Shown: positions 19,334-27,997 of the stretch, in pieces | Position numbering within the stretch: position 1 is the stretch's first letter | Layout of the letters: each line of letters begins with the position of its first letter | Origin: Steroidobacteraceae bacterium | GTDB lineage: Bacteria; Pseudomonadota; Gammaproteobacteria; Steroidobacterales; Steroidobacteraceae | Assembly (NCBI GenBank): GCA_035761265.1 | Contig: DASTRL010000250.1 | Location: forward strand, 4,166 to 68,165 | Length of the DNA: 64,000 nucleotides | Reading direction: 5' to 3' | Translations under genes and position numbers: made by a program | The notes under the pieces: model-generated | What the model was told of the DNA's origin: nothing | Database searches by the model: none | The model's input: the letters and a program-made list of their open reading frames with translations, nothing else

Positions 19334-20242
19334 ATGAGAGCATTGAGTATCGCCACCGCGGGTCTCGCGCTGTGGGCATCGTTCGGCTTCGCGGATCCGG
19401 CATGGGCCGAGGATCCCGCGCCCACCGAGGAATCATCCGACGAACAGGCCGCCCCCGAGGGGCCGGTGTTCAAATACCAGACCGGCAACATCGTGCTGCC
19501 TAACAAGGTGGCGACACTCCACCTGGCCGGAAACTACCGCTACCTCGATCCCGCCGAGACCGAGAAACTGCTCGTCGCCTGGGGCAACGAACCCGGCAGC
19601 GACACGCAGGGCGCCATCGTTCCGAATGAAATCGACCCGATGTCCGACGAGGGGTGGGCGGTGATCGTCACCTACGAAGACGAAGGCCACATCGACGACT
19701 CCGACGCCGCCGAGATCGACTACGACGATCTGCTCAAGGACATGAAGGAAGGCACCGAGGACAGCAACGAGGCCCGCAAGAAGGCGGGCTACCAGGCGGT
19801 GCACCTGATCGGCTGGGCCGAGAAGCCGCGCTACGACGCGGCGGCCAAGAAACTCTACTGGGCCAAGGAGCTGAATTTCGAGGGCAGCGCGGCACACACG
19901 CTCAACTACGACGTGCGCGTGCTCGGCCGCGAAGGCGTGCTCTCGATGAACGCGGTGGCTTCGATGTCGCAGCTCGCGCAGATCCGCTCCGACATGCGGC
20001 CGCTGATCGAAATCGCGGAGTTCAACGGAGGGCACCGCTACGCCGAGTTCAACTCGAAGACCGACCACATGGCCGAATACGGCCTGGGCGCGTTGATCGC
20101 CGGCGGCGTGGCCGCCAAGCTCGGCCTGTTCGGCAAGCTCGCGGCGCTGCTCGTGGCCTTCAAGAAGTTCATCATCCTGGGCCTGGTCGCGGTGGGTGGA
20201 TTCTTCGCCAAGCTGTTCAAGAAGAAGGACGCCGCCGCCTGA
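19334..20242 (+). CDS. DUF2167-like membrane-anchored protein
   Basis: Start ATG 19334 after GGGAGG. Signal peptide MRALSIATAGLALWASFGFA, a soluble domain and C-terminal hydrophobic helices (GALIAGGVAAKLGLF...ILGLVAVGGFFAKLF). Confidence 0.8.
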   Translation: MRALSIATAGLALWASFGFADPAWAEDPAPTEESSDEQAAPEGPVFKYQTGNIVLPNKVATLHLAGNYRYLDPAETEKLLVAWGNEPGSDTQGAIVPNEIDPMSDEGWAVIVTYEDEGHIDDSDAAEIDYDDLLKDMKEGTEDSNEARKKAGYQAVHLIGWAEKPRYDAAAKKLYWAKELNFEGSAAHTLNYDVRVLGREGVLSMNAVASMSQLAQIRSDMRPLIEIAEFNGGHRYAEFNSKTDHMAEYGLGALIAGGVAAKLGLFGKLAALLVAFKKFIILGLVAVGGFFAKLFKKKDAAA

Positions 20243-20799
20243 GCGAATCCACGCCGCGCCACCGCGTTCACCTCGAACCCGGCGGACACGAATTGCTCGT
20301 GTCCGCCGGCGAGAACGTGCTCGCGGCGGCGCTCGCGGCCGGCATCCCGCTGCCGCACAGCTGCCGCGCGGGGCGATGCGCCTCGTGCAAGGCGCGCCTG
20401 CTGGCCGGCGAGATCGCCTATCCGCAGGACAAACTACCGCCGGGCATCGTGGCCGCCGAGGCGGCGCGCGGTGAGGTCCTGCTCTGCCAGGCGAGCCCGC
20501 GCAGCGACCTGCACGTCGAAACGCGGGTTGCGGCAGGAACTTCGATGCCCGTCAGCGGCGTGGTCGTGGAACAGGTGACGCCGCTTTCAATCGGCGGCAA
20601 GAGCGTCCGCCTGCGATTGTTGGGAGCGGCGCCCTTGCGGGCGCGACCCGGACAGTTCGTCGACGTGCAATCCGCCACTGGGGAGTCCGAGCGCGTCGCC
20701 ATCGTGGCGACCGGCGCAGGCACGATGGAAATAGAGATGCACGAGCTCGATCCGCAGGTACTTGTGCGCATGCGCGGGCCGTTCGATGCGCCGCGCTAA
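20239..20799 (+). pseudogene. truncated 2Fe-2S ferredoxin / FNR-type reductase-like gene remnant
   Basis: It has a plant-type 2Fe-2S motif (HSCRAGRCASCK...LLCQA) followed by a FAD-barrel-like region. It ends at RGPFDAPR*, exactly where this family continues into the NAD-binding domain. No ATG/GTG/TTG precedes the first beta strand, only CTG at 20239. The low-GC islet starts immediately downstream. Confidence 0.5.
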
Positions 20800-21095
20800 C
20801 GCGCGTGCGGAATGCCGTTGGGAGTGCAGGGCGCTCAAGCAGAAAATTCGCTCACCAAGCGACGTAAACGAAGCCTGACTCCAGGTCAACTCGAATATCT
20901 GCCGCAAATGGCCTGAATCTCGGGCAAGCGGTTCCTGCCTAAAAAGATATTTCCTGTTAGGTGAGAGAACTCACCACTTCGCGACACTAGGTAGAGCGGA
21001 CGCTCCTTCGTTGGCATGGAAAGCCACAGATGACGACGCCTGACGCTTGTTAGGCGCGACGGAGCAGCGTTGCCGTCAGAAAGTCGGGAGGAAGA

Positions 21096-21218
21096 ATGAA
21101 TCCAAGATACTTCGGGATCATGAAGCTGTGCATCGCGGGCGCGCTGGTCCTCGGTCTCTCAGCGGGGAAGATCGGCGCTGCGACCACGCTGACCTATACA
21201 TACGATGCGAGCGTATAG
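21096..21218 (+). CDS. 40-aa signal-peptide ORF ending in a YD-repeat-like motif (small secreted peptide or Rhs/YD N-terminal remnant)
   Basis: A GGGAGG RBS lies 5 nt upstream. Hand translation gives MNPRYFGIMKLCIAGALVLGLSAGKIGAATTLTYTYDASV*. The ORF is below the track threshold. Confidence 0.5.
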   Translation: MNPRYFGIMKLCIAGALVLGLSAGKIGAATTLTYTYDASV

Positions 21219-21328
21219 GGTCGCCGGCGTTCACGGAGAATGTTCCATTCAATGGCACAACCCCTTATGTGGAGTAGCGCCCAATTCGCGTCCGAGCTTC
21301 TCCCGAGCAGATTGGAAAGCATTAGCGA

Positions 21329-22114
21329 TTGAAATTAACCGCACCTTCGAGCGCCAGAACTGGACTGGTGTTGCTATTTGCACTGGCTGCCTACATAGCT
21401 CCACTCCTGTGGTGGAGAATCTGTGTGCAAATCAATTCGACGATCTCTCCATCGTTGCCTTTGGCATTTCCGATGGCGTTCGCCACTCTCATTGCTTTCC
21501 GCCGGTGGCTCTTCAATCTCAACAGACACCAACTTGACAAGTTGAACAAGGTCAACGGCACGAGTGCGGCGCTGCTTACCGTTCTCGGGTTGGTGATTTG
21601 TCTTTTATCGATTCTTGTTTGCTTTGCATTTTCCGGCATACAGGCGGAACACCCCTCGCCGACTCCGGGCTTAACTGGTTTGAACGCTTGGAGTACCGCA
21701 TATGCGTTGCCGATTTATGGCGCGATTGTGGAAGAAGCCGCCTTCAGGGCACAACTTCAACTGCGAATGGAAAGCATGCTATCGCCTTTCGGCGCGATGT
21801 GCGCGTCGTCAGTCGCTTTCATTGCCATCCATACTGCAAACGAAGGTTTCTTCGCTTACTGGCCCTTATATTTGAGTATCACAATCGTCTGCGGGCTGTT
21901 GGTCTTGAAGCTTCGTTCGGTGTATTTCGCGCTCATTGTGCATTCGCTGACAAATCTGCTGGGTGGCGCAAGTGCGAGTTTGTTGAATGATTCTGCAGAT
22001 ATGCTTTCTGAATCTACGGCGCGAGTTGTCATCGTTTTCCTGCTCGTAAGCGGACTTTCGATTTTCTTCTGGTCCATTTTTCAAATCCGACGTGCTCAAC
22101 CGTCAACTTCTTGA
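21329..22114 (+). CDS. CPBP family intramembrane glutamic endopeptidase (CAAX protease / Abi-type, bacteriocin-immunity-like)
   Basis: Multi-pass membrane protein with the three CPBP motifs EEAAFR (EExxxR), FIAIH (FxxxH) and HSLTN (HxxxN). The start is uncertain: TTG 21329 or the downstream Met49. Confidence 0.8.
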   Translation: MKLTAPSSARTGLVLLFALAAYIAPLLWWRICVQINSTISPSLPLAFPMAFATLIAFRRWLFNLNRHQLDKLNKVNGTSAALLTVLGLVICLLSILVCFAFSGIQAEHPSPTPGLTGLNAWSTAYALPIYGAIVEEAAFRAQLQLRMESMLSPFGAMCASSVAFIAIHTANEGFFAYWPLYLSITIVCGLLVLKLRSVYFALIVHSLTNLLGGASASLLNDSADMLSESTARVVIVFLLVSGLSIFFWSIFQIRRAQPSTS

Positions 22115-22206
22115 TGCTGCAGGATTCTCCAGACACGTCGCGGCGATCAATATTCACCTACATGATGCCGCAACTACACAGCGGCTGACTTCGCGGGCTA
22201 AAGGCG

Positions 22207-22941
22207 TCAGATGCGGAACCGGTCCTTGAGGTCACCGGCCATGCGGCGGCTGACTTCCAGCGGTTCGCCCAGCCCGCGCAGGTGCACGAAATGCTGGCCG
22301 CTCGCATCGCGCGCGATGCGCTCCAGGTAACGCGTGTTCACCAGCGCATTGCGATGCACGCGCACGAAGTCCGCCGCGAATTCCTCCTCGAGCGTCTTCA
22401 GCGAGTCCTCGATGAGGTCTTCGCCGCGCTGGTGCCGCACCGTGGTGTATTTCTGGTCGGCCTGGAAGCACAGCACTTCCTCGATGGGGATCAGCTTGAG
22501 TCCGTCGCGGCCGCGCGCGCCGATGTGCGTGCGGCGCGGGTTCTCTTTTGCCGCCTGCGCCACTTCCTGCAACTGCGGGCGCGACAGGCGGCCGGCCTTG
22601 GCCAACGCGGCGCGCAGTTTCTCGGCGCGGATCGGCTTCAACAGGTAAGCGATGGCCTCGGACTCGAAGGCCTGCAGCGCGTACTCGTCGAATGCGGTGA
22701 CGAAGATCACGGCGGGCGGCTCGGGCAGAGCGGCGAGATGGCGCGCGACTTCCAGCCCGTCGATGCCCGGCATGCGCACGTCGAGCAGCACGATGTCCGG
22801 TTGCAGCGAGTCGCAGAGCTCGAGCGCGCGCTGGCCATTCTCCGCCTCGCCGGCGACTTCGAAGCCTTCCGCCTCCGAGACCAGGGAGCGCAGCAGCGCG
22901 CGCGCCGGCGGTTCGTCGTCGACGATCAGCACCTTATGCAC
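22207..22941 (-). CDS. LytR/AlgR family response regulator (REC + LytTR DNA-binding domain)
   Basis: 244 aa with a GTG start. The receiver has DIVLLDVRMPG and the C-terminal LytTR domain has FVRVHRNALVN. Overlaps the kinase gene by 8 nt. Confidence 0.93.
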   Translation of the reverse strand: MHKVLIVDDEPPARALLRSLVSEAEGFEVAGEAENGQRALELCDSLQPDIVLLDVRMPGIDGLEVARHLAALPEPPAVIFVTAFDEYALQAFESEAIAYLLKPIRAEKLRAALAKAGRLSRPQLQEVAQAAKENPRRTHIGARGRDGLKLIPIEEVLCFQADQKYTTVRHQRGEDLIEDSLKTLEEEFAADFVRVHRNALVNTRYLERIARDASGQHFVHLRGLGEPLEVSRRMAGDLKDRFRI

Positions 22942-24025
22942 GCGCGGCCTCGATGGGCTGGAACGGAAAGCGCAGCGTCACGATGTATTCCTCGTCGAAG
23001 CGCCCCGCCTTGACCGTGGACCGCTCGCCGTACATGAGATCGAGCCGCTCGCGGATGTTCGCGAGCGCCAGGCGGTTGCCGTCCCGCATCGTCACGTTGG
23101 CCGCCGGCAGCGGGTTGCGTACGACTATCGTGATCATGCCCTTGTTCAGTTCGCCGGATACGGTGACGACACCGCCGTCCGGGCGGGGTTCGACGCCGTG
23201 ATAGATGGCATTTTCCAGCAGCGGTTGCAGCGTGAGGCCGGGCACCAGCGCGTTGCGTGGCAATGAATCCACCTTCCACTCGACCCGCAGGCGCTCGCCG
23301 AGCCGCAACTGCTCCATGCGCTGGTAGGTGCGCGCCACGTCGATCTCGTCGGACAACGGGATCTCGTTGCGCTTCTCGGAGAGATTGGCACGGAACAAGT
23401 CGGCCAGGTCCTGCACGGCCTCCTCGGCGCGCGCGGGGTTGGTGCGTGTCAACGCGGCGATGGTGTTCATGCTGTTGAACAGGAAATGCGGCCGGATGCG
23501 CGCCTGCAGGGCGTGCACACGCGCCTTGGCCTGCAGCTCGACGTTGTGGCGCCACTCGTGCGTCACGTAGAAGTACCGCAGCGCCAGCGCGGTGACCACG
23601 AGCGCGATGACGACGTTGCGCAGCAGGAAAGTCCAGTGGTCCTGCGGGATCAAACCCGTGTCGTTGACCCAGCCGGCGCGGCTGCCGAACCAGTAGGCCG
23701 CGGCCGAGATCATCATGACCAGCGCGGCGGTCAGCCCCAGGACCATGGCCGAGCCCCGGCGCACGGACTGCCGGTTCAGATAGCCGCGCAGCATGCACAG
23801 CAGCGCGGCGCCGAACAGCCCGATCCACAGCAGGAACATCGAGGTGCGCGCCAGGTCGGCCCAGAATCCGAGCGCCGCCTCGTTGCGCGCCAGGGACAGC
23901 ACCAGCGCCGTGAGCTCGCAGATGATCACGATGGCCAGCACGGCGCGCGCGCGGCAGAAGTCGGGTAGATAGAGCTGCTTCGTCTGTTCCGCGCTCGTCG
24001 CGACCTCTCGCGCGGCGCGGCTCAT
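22934..24025 (-). CDS. sensor histidine kinase, LytS/AlgZ (His_kinase PF06580) type
   Basis: 363 aa from ATG 24025 with four to five N-terminal TM helices, an HFLFNSMNTIAAL H-box and an ATPase domain. The upstream extension in the track is an in-frame read-through of the preceding gene region. Confidence 0.9.
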   Translation of the reverse strand: MSRAAREVATSAEQTKQLYLPDFCRARAVLAIVIICELTALVLSLARNEAALGFWADLARTSMFLLWIGLFGAALLCMLRGYLNRQSVRRGSAMVLGLTAALVMMISAAAYWFGSRAGWVNDTGLIPQDHWTFLLRNVVIALVVTALALRYFYVTHEWRHNVELQAKARVHALQARIRPHFLFNSMNTIAALTRTNPARAEEAVQDLADLFRANLSEKRNEIPLSDEIDVARTYQRMEQLRLGERLRVEWKVDSLPRNALVPGLTLQPLLENAIYHGVEPRPDGGVVTVSGELNKGMITIVVRNPLPAANVTMRDGNRLALANIRERLDLMYGERSTVKAGRFDEEYIVTLRFPFQPIEAARA

Positions 24026-24903
24026 GAGGAGCCCGACGCCTCGAACAGCGCCTTCTTGAGCCGGTGCGCGGCGGAAATGTCCTCGTCGCCGAAGCCGAGC
24101 TTCATGAGCTCGGCATACTCGGCCAGCATGGACTCCACCACCGGCAGCTTCACGCCGAAGCGCGCCGCCATGTCGTGGCAGATCCCGAGGTCCTTGGCGT
24201 GCAGCTTCACGCGAAAGCCGGCGGGATACGATTCGCGGATCATGTTCGGCGCGCGGTGCACGAAGTACCAGCTCGAGCCCGCGCCGGCTCCCAGCGTGGA
24301 CACCACGCGATCGAGCGGCAGGTCGTGCGCGCCCGCAAACGCCATGGCTTCCGCGCAGGCGCGGATGATGCCGGCGCACATGATCTGGTTGGTGGCCTTG
24401 GTGGCCTGGCCCGCGCCGCTGTCGCCGAAATGCTCGATGGTCTTGCCCATGGCGGCCAGCACGGGGCGCACCGCGTCGAACGCACCGCGTTCGCCGCCGC
24501 ACATGATGGCGAGCGTGCCATTCTTCGCGCCCTCGACACCGCCGCTCACCGGCGCGTCGATGAAGCTCACGCCGCGCTCGGCCAGGAACTGCGCCGCCCA
24601 GCGCGCCGTGTCGGCGCTCACCGTCGAGCAGTCGATGACCGTCGCGCCGCGCCGCAGTCCGGGCGCCATGCGTTCCACGACCGAGCGCACGTCCGCATCC
24701 GCCGAAACGCACAGCACCGCGACGTCGAGCGACTTCGCGAATTCCTCGAGGGAGGCGGGAGCGGCGACGCCCAGCTCGGCGCCCAGTGCCAGAGCCTTCT
24801 GCGACGTGCGGTTCCAGACCGCGGTGAGCAGACCTGCCTTGTGGAGATTCCTCGCCATGGGAGCACCCATGGCACCGAGACCTGCGAAGCCGACGTGCGT
24901 CAT
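24022..24903 (-). CDS. NAD(P)-dependent beta-hydroxyacid dehydrogenase family (3-hydroxyisobutyrate dehydrogenase-like)
   Basis: 293 aa from ATG 24903. The N-terminal VGFAGLGAMGAPMARNL is a Rossmann motif. Its stop overlaps the kinase start (ATGA). Confidence 0.88.
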   Translation of the reverse strand: MTHVGFAGLGAMGAPMARNLHKAGLLTAVWNRTSQKALALGAELGVAAPASLEEFAKSLDVAVLCVSADADVRSVVERMAPGLRRGATVIDCSTVSADTARWAAQFLAERGVSFIDAPVSGGVEGAKNGTLAIMCGGERGAFDAVRPVLAAMGKTIEHFGDSGAGQATKATNQIMCAGIIRACAEAMAFAGAHDLPLDRVVSTLGAGAGSSWYFVHRAPNMIRESYPAGFRVKLHAKDLGICHDMAARFGVKLPVVESMLAEYAELMKLGFGDEDISAAHRLKKALFEASGSS

Positions 24904-25006
24904 AGGCGCGGGATTATCGATTTCGTCAGGCGTAAACGCCACCAAAGAGAACGCCGCCCGTTCCTCGACGGAAGGGGCGGCGTCCCGCGCGGATCCGGAG
25001 TGAGTG

Positions 25007-25480
25007 TCAGCCTTGCGGGCCGCAGATGGCTTCCACCTGCTTTGCGGCTTCGACTCGCTCGGCGGCGAGTTCCGAGTCGGAAAGATAGGTGCGCTTGCCG
25101 TCCTTGTCCTCGGTGTACAGGCGGCGCGAGTTGATCGCATTGTTGTACTGCTCGCGAGCCTGCTTGCAGCGCGCGGCGCGAGTGGCGGCGAGGTCCTTGG
25201 CGACGGTCTCGGCGGCGCGAGTGTCCGCCTGGCCCTGGGCGATGCGCTGGTTGCTGGCGGCGAGCTGCTGATTGCTCGCGGCCTGCTGCGCGGCGTAGCT
25301 GCGCGCGGCGGTCTCCGCGGGGCGCGGGGTGGTGGTGGCCACCCGGACGGCGCCCGGAATGGGCCGATCGGTGTACATCGTGTTGCCGCGTTCGTCGGTG
25401 TACTTGTACACGTCGCCAGCCTGCGCAGCTGCGCAAGTCAGAACGCCCGCAATGACGGCCAGGATCTTCCAGTGACGCAT
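25007..25480 (-). CDS. DUF4124 domain-containing periplasmic protein
   Basis: Signal peptide followed by VYKYTDERGNTMYTDRP, the DUF4124 signature. Gln/Ala-rich middle region. Confidence 0.85.
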   Translation of the reverse strand: MRHWKILAVIAGVLTCAAAQAGDVYKYTDERGNTMYTDRPIPGAVRVATTTPRPAETAARSYAAQQAASNQQLAASNQRIAQGQADTRAAETVAKDLAATRAARCKQAREQYNNAINSRRLYTEDKDGKRTYLSDSELAAERVEAAKQVEAICGPQG

Positions 25481-25625
25481 ACGCTTCCTCCGGGTGCCGG
25501 GATTATCGCAGGGAGTGCCTATGAGAACCCTTGACCTCCATCACAGACAAGCACCGATACCGGGGTCCTGTGGGAGATATTCAGGGGTCCCCCCGTGCCG
25601 ACCCCCATTTGCGGGCCCCCACAGA

Positions 25626-25659
25626 AAAGCCCCGGTGGCCTTGGGGCCGCCGGGGCTTT
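25626..25659 (-). terminator. Rho-independent terminator downstream of amtB
   Basis: AAAGCCCCGG...CCGGGGCTTT 10-bp stem. On the minus strand it is followed by TTTTCT. Confidence 0.7.
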
Positions 25660-25686
25660 CCTGGCTTTTTCGCCGTTCGTCGAGGA

Positions 25687-27084
25687 TCAGTCGTACGCGC
25701 GTTCGCCGTGCTCCGAGATGTCCAGGCCTTCGCGCTCCGTCTCCTCGTTCGGCCGCAGGCCGATCAGAGGCTTGAGGATCAGGAAGATGATGGCGGACAC
25801 CGTTCCAGACCACGCCAGCGTGATGGCGACACCCAGGGCCTGCACCCCGAACTGCGCGCCAATGCTCTCGAACGTGCCCACGCCGCCGAGCGACGGATGA
25901 CCGAGGATCGCGCACGACAGGGCACCGATGATGCCGCCGATGCAGTGCACGCCGAACACGTCCAGCGAGTCGTCGTAGCCCAGCATCTTCTTCAGGCCCG
26001 CGCAGGCCCACAGGCACACGAGTCCGACGACGATGCCGAGGATGATGGCGCCGGAAGGTCCGAGCACGCCGCAGGACGGCGTGATCGCCACGAGGCCGGC
26101 GACGGCACCTGATGCAGCGCCGAGCATGGTCGGCTTGCCGCGGAAGATCCATTCACCGAAGGTCCACGCCAGTGCCGCCACCGCGGTGCAGACGTACGTG
26201 TTCAGGAATACGAGGCCGGCGGCATTGTTGGCTTCCAGGCCCGAGCCCACGTTGAAGCCGAACCAGCCCACCCACAGCATCGCGGCGCCGATCATCACGT
26301 ACGGCACGTTGTGCGGCGGCATGGCCGCGGTGCCATAGCCGGTGCGCTTGCCGACAATCAGTGCGCCGACCAGGCCTGCGATACCCGCATTGATGTGCAC
26401 CACCGTGCCGCCCGCGTAATCGAGTGCGCCGAGCTTGAAGAGATAGCCCTCGGCGTACCAGACCATGCGCGCGATCGGCAGGTAGGCGAACGTGAACCAC
26501 AGTACCGCCCACAGCAGCACCGTGCCGAACTTGGTGCGCTCGGCGAAGGCGCCGATGGCGAGCGCGGTGGTGATGCCCGCGAACGTGGCCTGGAAAGCCA
26601 CGAACACGAACTCAGGGATCACGACGCCGCTGGTGAAAGTGGCCGCGTTGGAGTCCGCCGTGAGTCCGTGCATCAGGAAGCGGCTGGTATCGCCGATCCA
26701 TTCGCCGGGTCCGTTGAACGCCAGGCTGTAGCCGTAGATGACCCACAGCACCGTGCACACCGAGAAGATGATGAACACCTGCATGAAGGTGGACAGGACG
26801 TTCTTGGCGCGCACCATGCCGCCGTAGAACAGCGCGAGGCCCGGCACCGTCATCATGATCACCAGCAGCGTGGCGACGATCATCCATGCGGTGTCGCCCT
26901 TGTTGGGTACGGGAGCTGCCGCCGCGGCTTCCTGCGCGGCTGCCAGACCCGGTGCGAATGCGGCGAGGGCTCCGAACACCCCCGTGGCGAGCCACGCGGG
27001 CTTGCGTCCGAGCACCTTTGGCAGTGCTGCGCCGAGACTGCGCATCAGGCTGCCACCCTTCGTTCTCTTCTTATCTGATTGCAT
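25687..27084 (-). CDS. amtB: ammonium transporter
   Basis: 465 aa with a signal sequence plus 11 TM helices and Amt family blocks (DTAWMIVATLLV, AGGTVVHINAG, DSLDVFGVHCIGG). Lies 22 nt downstream of glnK. Confidence 0.96.
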   Translation of the reverse strand: MQSDKKRTKGGSLMRSLGAALPKVLGRKPAWLATGVFGALAAFAPGLAAAQEAAAAAPVPNKGDTAWMIVATLLVIMMTVPGLALFYGGMVRAKNVLSTFMQVFIIFSVCTVLWVIYGYSLAFNGPGEWIGDTSRFLMHGLTADSNAATFTSGVVIPEFVFVAFQATFAGITTALAIGAFAERTKFGTVLLWAVLWFTFAYLPIARMVWYAEGYLFKLGALDYAGGTVVHINAGIAGLVGALIVGKRTGYGTAAMPPHNVPYVMIGAAMLWVGWFGFNVGSGLEANNAAGLVFLNTYVCTAVAALAWTFGEWIFRGKPTMLGAASGAVAGLVAITPSCGVLGPSGAIILGIVVGLVCLWACAGLKKMLGYDDSLDVFGVHCIGGIIGALSCAILGHPSLGGVGTFESIGAQFGVQALGVAITLAWSGTVSAIIFLILKPLIGLRPNEETEREGLDISEHGERAYD

Positions 27085-27105
27085 GTAAAGCTCCTCAACG
27101 ACATC

Positions 27106-27444
27106 TCAGGCTGCCGCCGCGCCGGATTCGCGCGTGCGGATGCGCACGGCTTCACCGACTGACGCCAGGAAAATCTTGCCGTCGCCGGTCTTGCCCGTGC
27201 GGCACACATTGGTGATGGCCTCGACCACGGACTCGGCGGATGAATCGTCGAGCACGATCTCGACGCGCAGCTTCGGTACGAACTCCACTTGGTACTCCGA
27301 GCCGCGGTAATGCTCGGAATGACCGCGCTGCCGGCCGTAACCGGAGACTTCGGTCACGGTGATCCCCTGCACGCCCAGGCGCGCGACGGCCAGTTGCAGG
27401 TCGTCGAGCTTCCACGGGCGGATGATGGCAGTGATCATTTTCAT
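27106..27444 (-). CDS. glnK: P-II nitrogen regulatory protein GlnK
   Basis: 112 aa: MKMITAIIRPWKLDDL...TVTEVSGYGRQRGHSEHYRGSEY (T-loop Tyr51). Classic glnK-amtB pair. Confidence 0.96.
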   Translation of the reverse strand: MKMITAIIRPWKLDDLQLAVARLGVQGITVTEVSGYGRQRGHSEHYRGSEYQVEFVPKLRVEIVLDDSSAESVVEAITNVCRTGKTGDGKIFLASVGEAVRIRTRESGAAAA

Positions 27445-27517
27445 CGCTTTGGCATCGTTATCCGATGGATCGCGCACGCCGGGCGCGCGTATGCTCCCAA
27501 TCAACTTGTCATCGAAG

Positions 27518-27533
27518 TGCAGGTTCCATGCCA
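27518..27533 (-). promoter_or_regulatory. candidate sigma-54 (-24/-12) promoter of glnK-amtB
   Basis: The minus strand reads TGGCAT-GGAAC-CTGCA, with GG and GC at the canonical 10-nt spacing. It lies 74-89 nt upstream of the glnK ATG. Confidence 0.5.
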
Positions 27534-27678
27534 GCCCCGCGGCATGGCGATGGGGCCCGTCGCGGCGCGAAAGAACGCGGCGCGGCACGAATGGCGCCCA
27601 AAATTGGGGCGCCCCCGTGGCCCACGCGACAAAACGGGGCAACGTGATGTCTGATTGTTAGGAGACGCGCCGGTGGAT

Positions 27679-27942
27679 ATGCCCAGGGTCGAAGAATTGC
27701 TCCGCAGCCTGATGCAGGGATTGCCCCCCGGGCTCACATCCGGTGCTTCCGGCCTGCGAGAAGATCTCGAGAACAATTTCCGCGCGGTGCTGCGCGCGAA
27801 CCTCGGCAAGCTCGACCTCGCGGGCCGCGACGAATTCGATGCGCAGCGCAAGGTGCTGGAGCGCACGCGCGCGCGGCTCGAAGAACTCGAGAAGCGCGTG
27901 GCGGAGCTCGAGGCTCGCGCCTCCGGATCCGCCGGCCGGTAG
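27679..27942 (+). CDS. ubiK: accessory factor UbiK (BMFP/YqiC family)
   Basis: Coiled-coil protein with the conserved block FDAQRKVLERTRARLEELEKRVAELE. The start is ATG 27679, or GTG 27673/TTG 27655. Confidence 0.85.
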   Translation: MPRVEELLRSLMQGLPPGLTSGASGLREDLENNFRAVLRANLGKLDLAGRDEFDAQRKVLERTRARLEELEKRVAELEARASGSAGR

Positions 27943-27997
27943 AAATTCGCGACATAACGGCCGCAACCCAGGGAGGGGAAGGGGTCATGGTGGAATC

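Larger units (their letters stand above)
20800..22200. other. low-GC islet (probable horizontally acquired insertion or remnant)
   Basis: Hand counts of sample 60-nt lines give about 45-57% G+C versus about two-thirds in the flanks. Codon usage is rich in A/T-ending codons. It is bounded by the truncated gene on the left and the 3' end of the response-regulator gene on the right. No integrase, tRNA or obvious direct repeats. Confidence 0.7.

Noticed and set aside
21205-21537. 110-aa ORF inside the low-GC islet
   Set aside because: It overlaps both the 40-codon ORF and the CPBP gene start. It has no RBS and no hydrophobic or domain pattern. It is kept only as a possible frameshifted continuation of the YD-like remnant.
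24026-24712. N-terminal 229-aa extension of the histidine kinase ORF in the track (22934-24712)
   Set aside because: The extension is an Arg/His-rich alternative frame of the dehydrogenase gene. The kinase starts at ATG 24025, which overlaps the dehydrogenase stop. From there the sequence is hydrophobic and membrane-like.
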